Positions 27,165 to 39,321 are shown, numbered from the stretch's first letter. The stretch is 64,000 nt of DNA from a candidate division FCPU426 bacterium (GCA_030637655.1 DAOWGI010000109.1:1-64000), one strand, 5' to 3'. Translations and numbers: made by a program. The notes: generated by a model not told the origin, from the letters alone.

Positions 27165-29546
27165 TTAAAATATGTTGCCAATGTTAAAGTGATATTGCAG
27201 CGCGGGTGGCAATCCGTCCGGATTGGGATCCAACGGATATCCAAAATCAAAGCGGATTAAAATAACCGTGCCCGGAACTGTCAAACGAAAACCCACTCCT
27301 GCTCCTTTATACAGAGATGGATAGTCGGTAAAATACTCTGTTTTAGTGTGGCTAATATCTTCATTCGGAAATATTTCCGGATCGTACCGACTATCAATGC
27401 CACTCCACGCATTTCCAGCATCAAAAAATGCGACGCCCTTCAAGGGACCAATAATCGGGAAATGCAATTCTACGTTAGAGGCTAATTTAAACCGCCCGCC
27501 ATTACCAGCCAAATTTTTCCCGAACACACCTTCTCCATAACCACGCACGGAATCCGTCCCACCCATACGAAAGCGTTCATCCGGAGGAACATTTGTGAAA
27601 TCAGAAATACCAAACTTATATCCCAGGCCATATCCAACTTCACCATGCAAAGCAAGCACCAATTTCCAAATCAAAGGGATATAATACGTGCTGTCTAAAG
27701 AATATTTTAAATAATTATTGTCACCACCCAAGGGACCACCGGCAATTTCCACAGAGAGACGCTGATACATACCCTGTGACGGATCGAAAATATTATTCCG
27801 GGTATCATAGATTAATGTTGGGGTAATCGAGCTTGTGTCTTTTCGCCCTTCAGTATATACACTTTCATCATCCAGATCCGTATATTCATTGCTCTCTAGT
27901 TTGTAAGTTAAGTACCCTTTCCAGCGATCACTGAAACGGCGTCCCAAACGGATATCGCCACCTTGCGCGAGCAGATTATATGCCTGGCCGGTATATCCCT
28001 TGTTTTTATTAATATGCCAAACATCCACGCCAAAAGAAACCGGTGAATCAAACAACCAGGGTTCAGTAAAGGACATTTGCCAACTCTGACGCAATGCTCC
28101 CAATTCCCACTGCAAACTCACGGATTGCCCATTACCAAAGAGATTGGCCTGGGTCAACTGCAAGTAACCCATCAGATAATCAACGGATGAATACCCGGCA
28201 CCCAGGCTGATGGTTCCGGTATGCCGTTCATCCACCTCAAAAACCAGGACCTGCTCAGAGGGGGTACTACCGGGCTCAGTGATCACTTTCACATCCTGAA
28301 AGAACCCCAAGTTTGTAATTTTTTCTTTAGAACGCTGTATTTTTCTGGAATCAAAAGGCTCTCCGGGTTTGACCGCTATTTCACGACGAATCACTTTGTC
28401 TTTGGTCATGTTATTGCCGCGAATATCCACACGTTCCACCCGGGCAATGGTTCCTTCCCGGATAATAATCGTTATATCCACTTGGCCGGCGTCATCGTTG
28501 TATTCCATTTCCGGAGTAATATCAGCAAAAATATAACCCTTTTCCGAATAGGCCATACGGACCATATACAAATCTTTCTCAAAGGTCAAGCGATTGAGAA
28601 TGGCTTCACTCTTCAATTCCATCCGGCTTAGCAATTCTTGTTCAGAGTAGATGATATTCCCTTTAACGGTTACATCTCTCACTTTGTATTGCGGCCCTTC
28701 TTCCACTGCCAGGGTAATGGTCATTTCCTTTTTAACTTCATCCACTACCAGGGCTTGTTTGGTAATAGCGGCACGTTGCAGATCCACGTCATTCATACCA
28801 AACCCATATATTTTCGCTTTTAAATACCCTTCCATGGCATAATGCATAAGGACTTTTTTCAAGTCCTCCACAAAGGTATCATCTTTATAAATACCACCCA
28901 CAAACCAGCCGGCCTCTTTGGTTTCCATAATTCCTTTTATTTTGCCTTCGGAAAATGCCTGATTGCCGGTAACTTGAATTTTGGCAATCCTGACTTTCAT
29001 ACCTTCGGTGATCTCCAAGATCAGAGTTACTTTATCCTCCTCACGAACGACCTGGGGTTTACATTGGGCTTGATAATATTCTTTTTCTTTATAATGATTC
29101 TCGATTTTTTTAACGGCTTTATCCACGATAAAAGCAGCATAGGGGGTTCCCACAGTTAATTCGGATTTCTCGAGTAAGATTTTTTCCTTAAACGCGTGGT
29201 TGCCGGAGAAATTGATTTTAATTAATAAAGGTTTCTCTTGAACAGTAATAAGCAAGCGCACTGTTCCATCTGAGAGCGGGACTAATGAGTACACTATATT
29301 TTCGAATTTCCCGGTCTTCCAGAGCTGCTTCAAATCACGGTTCATAACCATGTGCACAGCTTTGACTTCTTCTCCGGGTTTCACCTTCAGCCAGGAAACA
29401 ATATCAGCTCCGGCAATACTTTTATTTCCTTGAATCCTAATATCAGAAATAATTTTGTTATCCAGTTGAATGGCTAAAACAGGTGAAATCATACAACCCA
29501 GCAAGATTGCTTGTACTAAAGATAATTTAAAAAGCCTTGAAAACAC
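27165..29546 (-). CDS. bamA: Outer-membrane protein assembly factor BamA
   Basis: POTRA repeats (GN..TKDKVIRRE), GG.DSVRGY motif, C-terminal Phe. Confidence 0.95.
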   Translation of the reverse strand: MFSRLFKLSLVQAILLGCMISPVLAIQLDNKIISDIRIQGNKSIAGADIVSWLKVKPGEEVKAVHMVMNRDLKQLWKTGKFENIVYSLVPLSDGTVRLLITVQEKPLLIKINFSGNHAFKEKILLEKSELTVGTPYAAFIVDKAVKKIENHYKEKEYYQAQCKPQVVREEDKVTLILEITEGMKVRIAKIQVTGNQAFSEGKIKGIMETKEAGWFVGGIYKDDTFVEDLKKVLMHYAMEGYLKAKIYGFGMNDVDLQRAAITKQALVVDEVKKEMTITLAVEEGPQYKVRDVTVKGNIIYSEQELLSRMELKSEAILNRLTFEKDLYMVRMAYSEKGYIFADITPEMEYNDDAGQVDITIIIREGTIARVERVDIRGNNMTKDKVIRREIAVKPGEPFDSRKIQRSKEKITNLGFFQDVKVITEPGSTPSEQVLVFEVDERHTGTISLGAGYSSVDYLMGYLQLTQANLFGNGQSVSLQWELGALRQSWQMSFTEPWLFDSPVSFGVDVWHINKNKGYTGQAYNLLAQGGDIRLGRRFSDRWKGYLTYKLESNEYTDLDDESVYTEGRKDTSSITPTLIYDTRNNIFDPSQGMYQRLSVEIAGGPLGGDNNYLKYSLDSTYYIPLIWKLVLALHGEVGYGLGYKFGISDFTNVPPDERFRMGGTDSVRGYGEGVFGKNLAGNGGRFKLASNVELHFPIIGPLKGVAFFDAGNAWSGIDSRYDPEIFPNEDISHTKTEYFTDYPSLYKGAGVGFRLTVPGTVILIRFDFGYPLDPNPDGLPPALQYHFNIGNIF

Positions 29547-29582
29547 AGGCTATAATTCCTCCATTCGTTAAAATTTTGACCG

Positions 29583-29611
29583 ATTCTATCAGAACTCCCA
29601 TACCTCGTCAA
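29583..29611 (-). promoter_or_regulatory. Sigma70-type promoter for bamA
   Basis: Minus strand TTGACG-17 bp-TAGAAT, with TGn. Confidence 0.55.
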
Positions 29612-29779
29612 GTAATTACAGCTATTGTTTTTAATTTAAACCGGATAGAGCCAAGGGCTAGGTCAATCCCCGCCCCAGGCTCTATAACACATGAAGTGAA
29701 AGATAGAGTCTACTCAGCATATTTATTCGACACTCGTTTTCAGCTTTGGTTCAATAATTTATCTATTTTTTATTTAATT

Positions 29780-29804
29780 GTAGGGGCACCCTTTACGGGT
29801 GCCC
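29780..29804. repeat. REP-like hairpin
   Basis: GTAGGGGCACCCTTTACGGGTGCCC. Confidence 0.65.
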
Positions 29805-29828
29805 AAATAACTAGCCCCCACACACGCA

Positions 29829-32800
29829 TCAATTCATAATTTTCTCATTCAAAACCGGGGTCAGCGTGGGCATTAATTGCCGGGGAGGAGCCGCGGTTTC
29901 AGGCTGTTTCTCAATTTCAGGGTTCCACCCCTCAAATTGCATTCTGCCCTCAATGCCCCAAAACAATTCCTGATCCGAATCAACATCAAAATTCTTATAT
30001 ATTTTAATTTTTTTCGAGGAATCCAGATTATATTCCAAGCCAAAATAGGATTGCCAAGCCAAACCGCCTTTTTCTTCACCCACGTCTTTCAATATCCCGC
30101 GATAATTCAAAAACAGGTCATCTGTCAGGTATTTTCCCACATCAATCTGGGTATCCTGCAAGAGACTGCTTCCGGTAATATTTGAGCCTGTGTCACTCTC
30201 AGCAGTCCCGGTATTATTCGCGCCAGACACAATATTGTCCGCTAATTTCTCCACCCCGCCCAAACGGATATCAATAACATCCAAGGGTGTGATTTTTTTA
30301 ATGCTTTTTTCTATTTCGCGTCCAATCAGATTCCCGGCCAGCCGTCCCAAAACCCTTGCTCCGGCACTCTGGATTTTCCGGTCTACTTCTTCCTGAGACC
30401 AACTGGAGAAATCCTCCCCTAAAGTTAACAAAGATACCATCTGAGCTTGGGTCATATCCGGATCTGATTCCAACTTAACATTGAGCGCCCCTATGGTCCC
30501 ATACACACGCAAATAAATCGTCGCATCCCTTTTACGGCCCTCATCTTTAATTTCCACGTTTCGGATGACAGTTTTTGCCAGAGCTTGCAATTGCGGTTTT
30601 TCCCGGCCCGGACAGATAACCACAGTCTCTTCGTTCGGATCCAGATTAAAATCTGTTTCCAAATAAGTAAATGAACCCTTGGCAATCACAATCCGCCCTT
30701 CCCCGGAGAACGAATGCTTACCTCCATCCAGCATCGCGAATTGATCCGGTTTTATCTGAGCACGAACCATATCATTGTAATACCAGACATTTTTCCGCGA
30801 GACGAGTTTCAATTGATCATAAGTCATATCGGATGCTTGAAGATTTTCAGCCCAATCCGTATGCAACCGCGCAGGAAAGGTGAACTGCCCATCGGAAAGC
30901 TCCAACGAACCTCCCAGAATCGGAGCTTCCAACGTTCCGGTCAACAGAGCATCCATCCGCACATCAGCAGCAACAAATTCATAATCAGCGGTGGTATCCA
31001 AACGAATGGGACCATCTAAAGAATCCAGTTTCAAATTCAATTGATGAGGCTGTAAGCGGCGGAAAATAGTTACCCAGTCTCCGGCTGGTCCGGATACAAC
31101 CTGCAAGCGTCCCTGGCCGATTTTCCCTTCCATTTTACTTACAAACATCTTATTTTCTTCAAACGTCACAGCGGCCTTCAAGTTTTCAATTTTCGGGGTA
31201 TACAAACGAGGTTCCAGTGTGCCGTTTTCCACCCAGGCCCGGCCATACATGGTGGGATAATCCATAGTCCCTTTGATGTTCAGATCCAGCATACTCTTAC
31301 CGGAAGCTTTGGCGATGTACGGAACAAATGTAATATAAGAAAAATCACCTTCCGGCATCACCACCCGGATATCCATTTCTGCTCCCTTTAATGCTTCAGC
31401 AGCTTCATCGCATTGCGGTAAAGGCAACTTGCCGCTTAGACGCATAGTATATTTCCCATGCTTTTTCAGCACGCAAGTCCCTTCCGGACCTTGAAAATAC
31501 AACCAATCATGATCCACCACAATCTTGCCGTAAAAGGTATCAAAAGGCAGATGGAGTACACTGCCATTATCAATCTTAACCATAATATCAAAACGGGTTA
31601 TTTCATTCGGATTCGTATACCGAAAACTTCCATTGGCCAGACCGCTCCAGGGCTGAGGCCAACCCAAAGAACGCGCAATGACCTTGGCCGGGACGTCCCG
31701 AACCTTGATCAGCAGGTCCGAGGTTCCCCGGCCATCCACCCGGCCTTGAACAGAGACATACTCCTGATCTTTATCCGAAACCGTTAAACGCCGGAAAATA
31801 ACATCACCGCCCGGCGGCAGCCAAAAATCACCTACAATTTGATACGGATAATCTGCCGGAGTGCGAATCATCAAGTTTTCACCTTGATACCTCAGCGCTG
31901 CGCGAAAATCATTAAACGGATATAGATTTAATTTAAAATCCGGGCTGACTACAGCCAGCTGCAAATCAAAGGGTGCAACCGCCAATTTGCCGTTTACGCC
32001 AAAATGTCCGTGATACAAACGCGAAAAGAAGGAAAAATTATCCGCCACTAAATTGAGGCTCAAATCCATAGTACCATCCGGATTCTCGCGCATAGCGCCG
32101 CCTTCAGAGCACAGACTACCGCGCGCTTGAAGCCCTTCCAGGGTTTTTAAATTCCATTGTTCACCGCTGGTTTCCCAGACTGCCTTTAGGGTTTTAAAAT
32201 TCCAAAGACCAAAAACAAAATCAGAGAAAATCAAATCACCATCAATTTTTTCCGGTTTCTCTGTTTTTCCCTCAAACACCACCCGGCCACTCAAGGTCCC
32301 GCGCGGCGCATGGGGGGGGGCAGCCAACAAAAATAAATCAAACAACGTCGATGTTTTAAAATTCCGCATTTGCAGACGACCCTGATAATCACTCAGGGCT
32401 CCTTTTCCGGTGAGTTGTACGGTCGCTTCCGCGTTGAGCGTGTTTTCACCGGTCGTCAACCGAAGCTTTCCTGCTATGGCATCATCCTCAAGCATAACAT
32501 TCAGGATTCCTGAAAGATGTTCGTTTAATTCCCCTTGCTTTGGCGCCAACAGAATACGTATTGGCTTAAGATCGGAATTGTCCAGACGTATCTGGAGATT
32601 TCCTTTCTTTTCAGGCGGCAATATATACTTGCCGGTTAAGCTGATATTTTTTCCAAAATGCAGATAGGCTAAATTTATTTTGTTTTGCGAAAAAACCAGT
32701 TCACCATCAGCTGCCGGTAAAACGTGTTGATCCACCTTAAAATTATCCAGCTGCAAACGCGCGATGTATTTGGGGCACGAACCGGAATCCTGATACGAGC

Positions 32801-35270
32801 CTTTTACTTTTAAATCACCGGTCCATTTCCGCTCTCCCAGGCTAAAGTTTTTCATCCACGCCAGAATCTGAAAAAGACCGGAACTTTTTCCCAATTCCGT
32901 TTCGAACACGGCATTTAATTTTCCGCCGGGCTGAACGAGTTCCATTTCTTTAATCCAGACACGTTTTCCCAGCGTGGTAAAATTAAGTATCCCGCTGTCA
33001 GCCTGGAGTTGCTTCCATTTCAATTGCGCGAGAAAAATTTCACCATCACACTTCAACTTTTTCGTTGAGCCGGAAACACTCACTCTGCCGTGAACTGTGC
33101 CCTGGATCACCTCCTCTGGTACCATGCCGCCCAGAGCAGCCAAATGTTGCAACGGCATGCGCGACAGGTTTACTTCACCCTGTAAAAATGCTTTTTTTCC
33201 AAACCCAATCTGTCCATTCAGCCCAAACCGTTTACGATCCAACCATATTTTTTTAAGTTGAATATTATTCCGCGTAACCTCAATTTCCCCTTTGGCATCA
33301 AGCTTGCCTTTCGGGAAAGTCATTAAACATTTGGTATCAAAGTGACCCAACAGATATGGCGCTTTGCTGGTTCCTTTTAGTTCGCCGGTAAAATTGATGG
33401 TTCCGTTCAAATGCTTCAGTGCAACCGGCAATAACGGAATGGTCTGGATGGGTAAACCTTGAGCACTGATTTTTCCCCGCAAAACATCTTTTGTAGGTCC
33501 GCCCCACTGGCCGGAGGCCTGCAGCAATTTTTGTTTATCGCGGATAATTTGGAATTTTTCCAAATGCCAACCGTCCGGATATTTCTTGGTTTTAAGGCCC
33601 AAATGCACATTCTTCAACGGACCCCAATCCGCATCCAAATTTAGCCGCAAGGACTCGTGGTTGTACTCCAAATTCCCTTTCACCTGCTGAAACGTGCTTC
33701 CGGACACCTTGATTTGATCGGAATTTACTTCCGCATGCAAGGTGGGCTGTTTCACCGGTCCGGTCAGCAAAAGCATGCCGCCAAAACGTCCCTTCACGCT
33801 TTTTACACCCAAAAGATCGGCAATGTCCTGTAAAGCCAAGTCCATGGCATCACCCCGAAAATTTAAAATTGCCGGTTCATTTTCATTTTCAGGAAATAGA
33901 ATACGTCCACGTCCTTCAATCCAACCCCGGGCAAAAATACCTCTGGCGAGCAAGAGGCGTAATTCCCGCGATCGATAGCGTGTAATCACTTCAAAACGGC
34001 GAATTCGCAACCGTCCGATTTTTCCTTTGGGCATGTAAAAATTAGCTGTCACCGTCAGGTCCGGCGCTTTCCCTTTTATTAAAATCGCCGCTTTACCTGA
34101 GCCGCTGGTATTCAACTGAGCCAGACTTGGAAACGTTCCAACCAAATCAGCAAGCTCAAGTTCATCACTTTGGACATGAATATTCAAACGTGGTGTTTGT
34201 ATATCCTGAATTTTACCGCGCGCGGACCAGGTCGTTTTTCCCAGTATGGCCTGCATGTTTTTCAAGGTCATATTGCGATCCGCCAGATGAGCTACTCCAA
34301 AAATATTTTTCAACGGTTCGTTTAGCAAACGAGTCTGCAGGGTCAGATCATACATAACCAGTTTGCCTTTCACTCCCACACCTGAAATCAAATCCTGGGA
34401 TGAGGGTGCGCGCGATGTGAATTTCAATTCCAAGTCCGCTTGTCCCTGCTGAATGTTAATAAAATCAGAGAGATGCACAACTTGTTCCAGTGGTTGCAGG
34501 TCCACCCGCGACGCTTTTAAACGTATACGAAAAGAACCGGCCGGCAAATCAATAATTCCGGAAATTTTCAGATTGTTCCGGCGATGTGATTCGGTCCGGC
34601 CTGCCAGATACAATCGGCCGGCTGAGGAATCCTTCAAGTTTAATAACCCTTTGAGTTTTTTAATGCTGGTAGAATGGCTGCCATCAGTCAGCCGGATTTC
34701 TGCGTCGTGCAAGGAGATTTTAATAGGCGGCAGCTTAGGCGCCGGTGTTGCCGGGCCGGCCACGAGAGAAGGTTGTAAACGCAATGCCAGTTTTGGCGAG
34801 CGCCATATTCCGTCCGGCGAACGTTCAAATATAATCAAGGGACGAATCAATTGAATGGAATGCAGACTCTCCGCCAGCGGACGTTTACGCACCAGAATAT
34901 CCCACAACGAATATTGGACTACCACCCGCTGTATGGTAATGTCCAAAGATTCGGGCGCTGTTGTTCGGGTGGAAATACTAACATCCCGCAGCACCACCCG
35001 GTCAAACAGACCGCCTTCCAAACGGCCTACCGTCACTTCGCGACTTAGGGCCTTGGACAGTTCCACTTCCAGTTGCGGTTTGAAACGATTCGCAATTACA
35101 CCGCTGGAGGAAACCATCCATAATCCACTGACTAAGAGAAACGTTCCGCCCAACAAGATGGCAAGTGAAAGCAAAGGATGGCGAGCCTTCTGAACACGTC
35201 CGGCAGGTAAATGATGATGAACCTTTTGTTTCGCAGGTGCTTTCTTTTTAATCTTCCGTGCTGGTGGCAA
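29829..35270 (-). CDS. tamB: TamB/AsmA-like beta-taco protein (translocation and assembly module)
   Basis: N-terminal TM anchor, 1813 aa beta-rich body, DUF490-like C-terminus (LESDPDMTQAQMVSLLTLG; VGKYLTDDLFLNY). Upstream of bamA. Confidence 0.8.
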   Translation of the reverse strand: MPPARKIKKKAPAKQKVHHHLPAGRVQKARHPLLSLAILLGGTFLLVSGLWMVSSSGVIANRFKPQLEVELSKALSREVTVGRLEGGLFDRVVLRDVSISTRTTAPESLDITIQRVVVQYSLWDILVRKRPLAESLHSIQLIRPLIIFERSPDGIWRSPKLALRLQPSLVAGPATPAPKLPPIKISLHDAEIRLTDGSHSTSIKKLKGLLNLKDSSAGRLYLAGRTESHRRNNLKISGIIDLPAGSFRIRLKASRVDLQPLEQVVHLSDFINIQQGQADLELKFTSRAPSSQDLISGVGVKGKLVMYDLTLQTRLLNEPLKNIFGVAHLADRNMTLKNMQAILGKTTWSARGKIQDIQTPRLNIHVQSDELELADLVGTFPSLAQLNTSGSGKAAILIKGKAPDLTVTANFYMPKGKIGRLRIRRFEVITRYRSRELRLLLARGIFARGWIEGRGRILFPENENEPAILNFRGDAMDLALQDIADLLGVKSVKGRFGGMLLLTGPVKQPTLHAEVNSDQIKVSGSTFQQVKGNLEYNHESLRLNLDADWGPLKNVHLGLKTKKYPDGWHLEKFQIIRDKQKLLQASGQWGGPTKDVLRGKISAQGLPIQTIPLLPVALKHLNGTINFTGELKGTSKAPYLLGHFDTKCLMTFPKGKLDAKGEIEVTRNNIQLKKIWLDRKRFGLNGQIGFGKKAFLQGEVNLSRMPLQHLAALGGMVPEEVIQGTVHGRVSVSGSTKKLKCDGEIFLAQLKWKQLQADSGILNFTTLGKRVWIKEMELVQPGGKLNAVFETELGKSSGLFQILAWMKNFSLGERKWTGDLKVKGSYQDSGSCPKYIARLQLDNFKVDQHVLPAADGELVFSQNKINLAYLHFGKNISLTGKYILPPEKKGNLQIRLDNSDLKPIRILLAPKQGELNEHLSGILNVMLEDDAIAGKLRLTTGENTLNAEATVQLTGKGALSDYQGRLQMRNFKTSTLFDLFLLAAPPHAPRGTLSGRVVFEGKTEKPEKIDGDLIFSDFVFGLWNFKTLKAVWETSGEQWNLKTLEGLQARGSLCSEGGAMRENPDGTMDLSLNLVADNFSFFSRLYHGHFGVNGKLAVAPFDLQLAVVSPDFKLNLYPFNDFRAALRYQGENLMIRTPADYPYQIVGDFWLPPGGDVIFRRLTVSDKDQEYVSVQGRVDGRGTSDLLIKVRDVPAKVIARSLGWPQPWSGLANGSFRYTNPNEITRFDIMVKIDNGSVLHLPFDTFYGKIVVDHDWLYFQGPEGTCVLKKHGKYTMRLSGKLPLPQCDEAAEALKGAEMDIRVVMPEGDFSYITFVPYIAKASGKSMLDLNIKGTMDYPTMYGRAWVENGTLEPRLYTPKIENLKAAVTFEENKMFVSKMEGKIGQGRLQVVSGPAGDWVTIFRRLQPHQLNLKLDSLDGPIRLDTTADYEFVAADVRMDALLTGTLEAPILGGSLELSDGQFTFPARLHTDWAENLQASDMTYDQLKLVSRKNVWYYNDMVRAQIKPDQFAMLDGGKHSFSGEGRIVIAKGSFTYLETDFNLDPNEETVVICPGREKPQLQALAKTVIRNVEIKDEGRKRDATIYLRVYGTIGALNVKLESDPDMTQAQMVSLLTLGEDFSSWSQEEVDRKIQSAGARVLGRLAGNLIGREIEKSIKKITPLDVIDIRLGGVEKLADNIVSGANNTGTAESDTGSNITGSSLLQDTQIDVGKYLTDDLFLNYRGILKDVGEEKGGLAWQSYFGLEYNLDSSKKIKIYKNFDVDSDQELFWGIEGRMQFEGWNPEIEKQPETAAPPRQLMPTLTPVLNEKIMN

Positions 35271-35275
35271 CCGTA

Positions 35276-37708
35276 TTATGCCTCAACTTTCACCTCAAAC
35301 TTAACGACACCGTTGATGGGTTTGGTCTCCACGGTATCGCCGGTCTTGACAACGCCTTTGAGGATCAATTCCGCTAATGGATCTTCAATGAAGCGCTGAA
35401 TCGAACGCTTTAGAGGACGCGCTCCCATTTGCGGACTGTAGCCTTCCTCAATTAGAAAATCTTTAACTTCCCGGCTGACATCCAAGGTTATTTCTTTTTC
35501 TTTCAACCGCTCATTCACATAGCCCATGAGCAGATCAATAATTTCTTCCAAGTGCTGTTTGGCCAGGCTATGGAATACAATAACCTCATCCACCCGGTTG
35601 AGAAACTCCGGATTAAACACTTTCTTGACTTCACCCATAATCTTGTCTTTCATGCTCCGGTGCGTGCTCTCGGTAGATGCCGGTTGAAAACCCAATCCAG
35701 CGCCGCCCTTGTCAATCAAGCGCGCGCCGATATTGCTGGTCATGATTACCACGGCATTTTTAAAATCAACAACACGTCCGTTATTATCCGTCAGCCGGCC
35801 GTCCTCCAGCACTTGCAGCAGAATATTAAATACATCCGGATGCGCTTTTTCAATCTCATCAAACAAAATAACCGAATATGGATTGCGCCGTACTTTCTCG
35901 GTTAATTGACCACCCTCATCATGTCCGATGTATCCCGGAGGCGCTCCTACCAAGCGTGAGACGGCAAATTTCTCCATGTACTCGGACATATCAATTCGAA
36001 TCAGCATACTCTCATCCTCAAAGAGAAACTCTGCCAAGGCACGGGCCATTTCGGTCTTGCCGACCCCGGTGGGACCCAGGAAGATAAAGGATCCGATGGG
36101 GCGTTTAGGATCCGCGACCCCGGCCCGGGAACGGCGCACGGAACGAGAGATCGCATTGATGGCTTCTTCCTGACCAATAACGCGTTTATGCAATTCTTCT
36201 TCCATACGCAAGAGTTTGGCGGATTCCTGCTCTGCCAATTTGAAAACCGGCACTCCGGTCCATTTGCTAATAATATAAGCAATATCTTCAGCTTCCACGG
36301 TACTCATGTTTTTTGTCCGGGACTGTTCCCAGAGCCGTTTCTTTTCCTCTTTTTTCTGACGCAAGGCTTTTATTTTATCCCGCAAGCTGGCGGCATATTC
36401 AAATTCCTGGGTTTTAATGGCTGCTTCTTTTTCTTTGGTAATGGTGTCAATCTCTTCTTCAGTCTTCTTCAAATCCGGAGGCAGGATGGCAGCCGCGAGT
36501 CGTGCCCGGGCTCCTGCTTCGTCCATCACATCAATGGCCTTATCCGGCAATAGTCTGCCGGAAATATAGCGGTTCGACAATTTTACTGCCGCGCTCAAAG
36601 AGTCATCTGAGTAACGGACATGATGGTGTGACTCATAACGATCACGTAATCCTTTTAAAATCAGTATCGCTTCCTCCACATTGGGCGCATCCACTTTGAT
36701 GGATTGAAAACGCCGTTCCAAAGCGCCGTCTTTTTCAATATACTTTCGATATTCATCCATGGTAGTGGCGCCAATACATTGTACCTCACCGCGAGCCAAG
36801 GCCGGTTTTAACATATTGGAAGCATCGATCGCTCCTTCGGCAGCGCCGGCTCCCACCAAGGTATGCAACTCATCAATAAATAAAATAATGGTTGCGGCGG
36901 CTGACTTGATTTCCTGCATCACGGTTTTCAAACGTTCTTCAAACTCACCGCGATATTTAGTGCCCGCCACCACTGCCGCCAAATCCAAGGTTACGATTCG
37001 TTTCCCCAGCAATAATTCCGGCACATTGCCGGCCACGATATTCTGAGCCAAACCTTCGGCAATCGCTGTTTTTCCAACACCCGGCTCACCGATTAATACC
37101 GGATTATTTTTAGTACGGCGACAGAGAATTTGAATTACGCGTTCGATCTCATCCTCCCGGCCAATAACCGGATCCAATTTTCCTTCGCGGCTCAATTGGG
37201 TGAGATCACGTCCGAAAGCATCCAAAGTGGGACTATTGGTTTTGGCCTGACTCTGCAGGTATTTCGGAAGGTTGCCGCCCAATAGATAAATGGTCATCTC
37301 ACGCGCTTTTTCAATTTTAAGATTGAAGCGTTCCAAAACCCGCGCCGCAACACCCTCACCCTCACGAATCAAACCCAAGAGAATATGTTCCGTCCCTATA
37401 TAATTATGCCCCAGGGCTTGAGCTTCTTCCAAGGCCAGCTCCAGCACCTTTTTGGCTCGTGGTGTGAACGGCACCTCACCCAAAGTCATGGTACCGCCGC
37501 CCATGTTGATGGCTTTCTCTATTTCCAATTTTATCCGTTCCAGATCGATCCCAATATTCTCCAGCACTGCAGTGGCAACCCCGCCACCTTCCTTAATCAA
37601 TCCCAGCAAAAGATGTTCAGTGCCAATGTAATCATGACCCAAACGCGCCGCTTCTTCTCTGGCTAAATTGATTATTTTTTTTGCTCGTTCAGTAAATTTA
37701 TCAAACAT
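35276..37708 (-). CDS. clpC: ATP-dependent Clp protease ATPase ClpC
   Basis: Clp-N repeats, two AAA modules ([16 protein letters not shown]), UVR middle domain. Confidence 0.97.
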   Translation of the reverse strand: MFDKFTERAKKIINLAREEAARLGHDYIGTEHLLLGLIKEGGGVATAVLENIGIDLERIKLEIEKAINMGGGTMTLGEVPFTPRAKKVLELALEEAQALGHNYIGTEHILLGLIREGEGVAARVLERFNLKIEKAREMTIYLLGGNLPKYLQSQAKTNSPTLDAFGRDLTQLSREGKLDPVIGREDEIERVIQILCRRTKNNPVLIGEPGVGKTAIAEGLAQNIVAGNVPELLLGKRIVTLDLAAVVAGTKYRGEFEERLKTVMQEIKSAAATIILFIDELHTLVGAGAAEGAIDASNMLKPALARGEVQCIGATTMDEYRKYIEKDGALERRFQSIKVDAPNVEEAILILKGLRDRYESHHHVRYSDDSLSAAVKLSNRYISGRLLPDKAIDVMDEAGARARLAAAILPPDLKKTEEEIDTITKEKEAAIKTQEFEYAASLRDKIKALRQKKEEKKRLWEQSRTKNMSTVEAEDIAYIISKWTGVPVFKLAEQESAKLLRMEEELHKRVIGQEEAINAISRSVRRSRAGVADPKRPIGSFIFLGPTGVGKTEMARALAEFLFEDESMLIRIDMSEYMEKFAVSRLVGAPPGYIGHDEGGQLTEKVRRNPYSVILFDEIEKAHPDVFNILLQVLEDGRLTDNNGRVVDFKNAVVIMTSNIGARLIDKGGAGLGFQPASTESTHRSMKDKIMGEVKKVFNPEFLNRVDEVIVFHSLAKQHLEEIIDLLMGYVNERLKEKEITLDVSREVKDFLIEEGYSPQMGARPLKRSIQRFIEDPLAELILKGVVKTGDTVETKPINGVVKFEVKVEA

Positions 37709-37750
37709 ATGACAGCTTCCTCCTAATTTAAGTCGGGGTGAATATACACT

Positions 37751-38824
37751 TCATTTTCGTTTTTTTTTGTCACTCAAGTAGTGTTTTAAGCTTTTTCGCA
37801 GCCATTCCGCGCGTCTCAAAAACTCATCAGTTCCGGTTAACGTTTTTTTGGCCAAGAGCTGCAAATGAGAGGTTTGGCTTTGGAGCATTAATTCATTAAA
37901 CACGGTTTTGGGTATATCCGGAATAATCTTCACTTCCGCACCCAGACGTAATATGGATAAAAGATCCAATGCTTCTTCAAACCCCAGCATGCGACAATGG
38001 CTTAAGATTCCTTTCGCCCTCCCTACTTTATCCTCGAGCAAAGCGGATTCATCCTTCACTAGTTTTTGGCGGGCGTCTTTCTCCCGATCCATAATTTGAC
38101 GAATCACACCAACCAATTGCTGGATAATTTCCTCCTCGGTTCTGCCTAAGGTCACTTGGTTGCTGACCTGAAAAAACATACTGCGCAATTCCGAGCCTTC
38201 GCCGTAAAATCCGCGCACAGCCAAGCTCATGTGCAAAACTGCCTGCAATACCTGCACAATGCCCCTGGTTAAAGTTAGGGCCGGCAAATGGAGCATTACC
38301 GAAGCGCGCATGCCGGTCCCCACATTAGTGGGGCAGGCGGTTAAAAAACCAAATTCTTTATGCGTGGCCAATTCAAAACCCCGGCTTAGTTGTTCATCCA
38401 GCTGTTGACTCATCTTCAAGCAGCGTTCCAAGTTGAGTCCTTCATAGATAACCTGCGTTCGCAGATGATCTTCTTCATTGACCAAGATGGAAACCGATTG
38501 TCCCGGCCCCAATGCCAAACCCGTATAATCAGGTTCCCGGGCGGATTCAAGATGCATCAAACCGCGTTCCGCCAAAATTCCGCGCTGCATAATATCCATG
38601 TCGCGCAAACGATAAAATTGCAGAGCTGGTTTCAACGAAATTTTTAAAATCTGCTGTTCAATCTTACTTAAAAGTATTTCCCGTTCCTGTTTGTCCATAG
38701 CCTGCGGAAAGCGGTATTTTTTCAGATTCCGGGCTAAGCGCACGCGTGAGGATATAACAATATTTTCATTGGGCGAAGTATTTTTCAACCACGCTGGAAA
38801 CGCTATTTTTTTACCCGGCATCAC
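37751..38824 (-). CDS. mcsB: Protein arginine kinase McsB
   Basis: SSRVRLARNL, NEEDHLR and LTACPTNVGTGMRASVMLHLP motifs. Confidence 0.94.
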   Translation of the reverse strand: MMPGKKIAFPAWLKNTSPNENIVISSRVRLARNLKKYRFPQAMDKQEREILLSKIEQQILKISLKPALQFYRLRDMDIMQRGILAERGLMHLESAREPDYTGLALGPGQSVSILVNEEDHLRTQVIYEGLNLERCLKMSQQLDEQLSRGFELATHKEFGFLTACPTNVGTGMRASVMLHLPALTLTRGIVQVLQAVLHMSLAVRGFYGEGSELRSMFFQVSNQVTLGRTEEEIIQQLVGVIRQIMDREKDARQKLVKDESALLEDKVGRAKGILSHCRMLGFEEALDLLSILRLGAEVKIIPDIPKTVFNELMLQSQTSHLQLLAKKTLTGTDEFLRRAEWLRKSLKHYLSDKKKRK

Positions 38825-39321
38825 GAATCCCTGCCTTCCAGACGACGAATCCGATCCCGCAGTTGGGCTGCCATCTCAAAATTTTCCTGTGCAATCGCCT
38901 GCTGCAACCGGGCTTTGGTTTCCTTTATTTCCTTCTGTTTTATTTTACTTTCCATCTCCTGATTTTGCATAAATCGTCCGCGATGCTCCTCGGATTGATG
39001 AAACTGTCTAAATAGCGGCAACAAATTTTTCCGAAACGTATCATAACACTGAGCACAACCAAATCGCCCAATTTCCCGGAAGCGCGAAAAGGTCATACCG
39101 CAGTTCGGACATTTTATTTCCTTGGCACTAAGCGTTGTCACACCCAATTCCAGAATCGAGGCCAGCAATTCATGAATCGCCATAGCCGGTTTGGTCAGCA
39201 TCTCACCTAAATGACGCTTCTGGGCGCAGCTCTCACAAATATGCATGACGGATTGTTTTCCCCCGATATTCTCAATCAGATATACGTTCGCTTCCTCCTG
39301 ATGGCAGATCTGACACTGCAT
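38821..39321 (-). CDS. mcsA: McsA (four CxxC motifs + UVR domain)
   Basis: CQIC, CESC, CPNC, CAQC and ENFEMAAQLRDRI. Likely start MQCQIC at 39321. Confidence 0.92.
   Translation of the reverse strand: MQCQICHQEEANVYLIENIGGKQSVMHICESCAQKRHLGEMLTKPAMAIHELLASILELGVTTLSAKEIKCPNCGMTFSRFREIGRFGCAQCYDTFRKNLLPLFRQFHQSEEHRGRFMQNQEMESKIKQKEIKETKARLQQAIAQENFEMAAQLRDRIRRLEGRDS

Noticed and set aside
12004-27260. Long plus-strand ORFs (12004..12537, 15631..16458, 22135..22632, 25355..25909, 26634..27260)
   Set aside because: These are antisense shadows of well-supported minus-strand genes.
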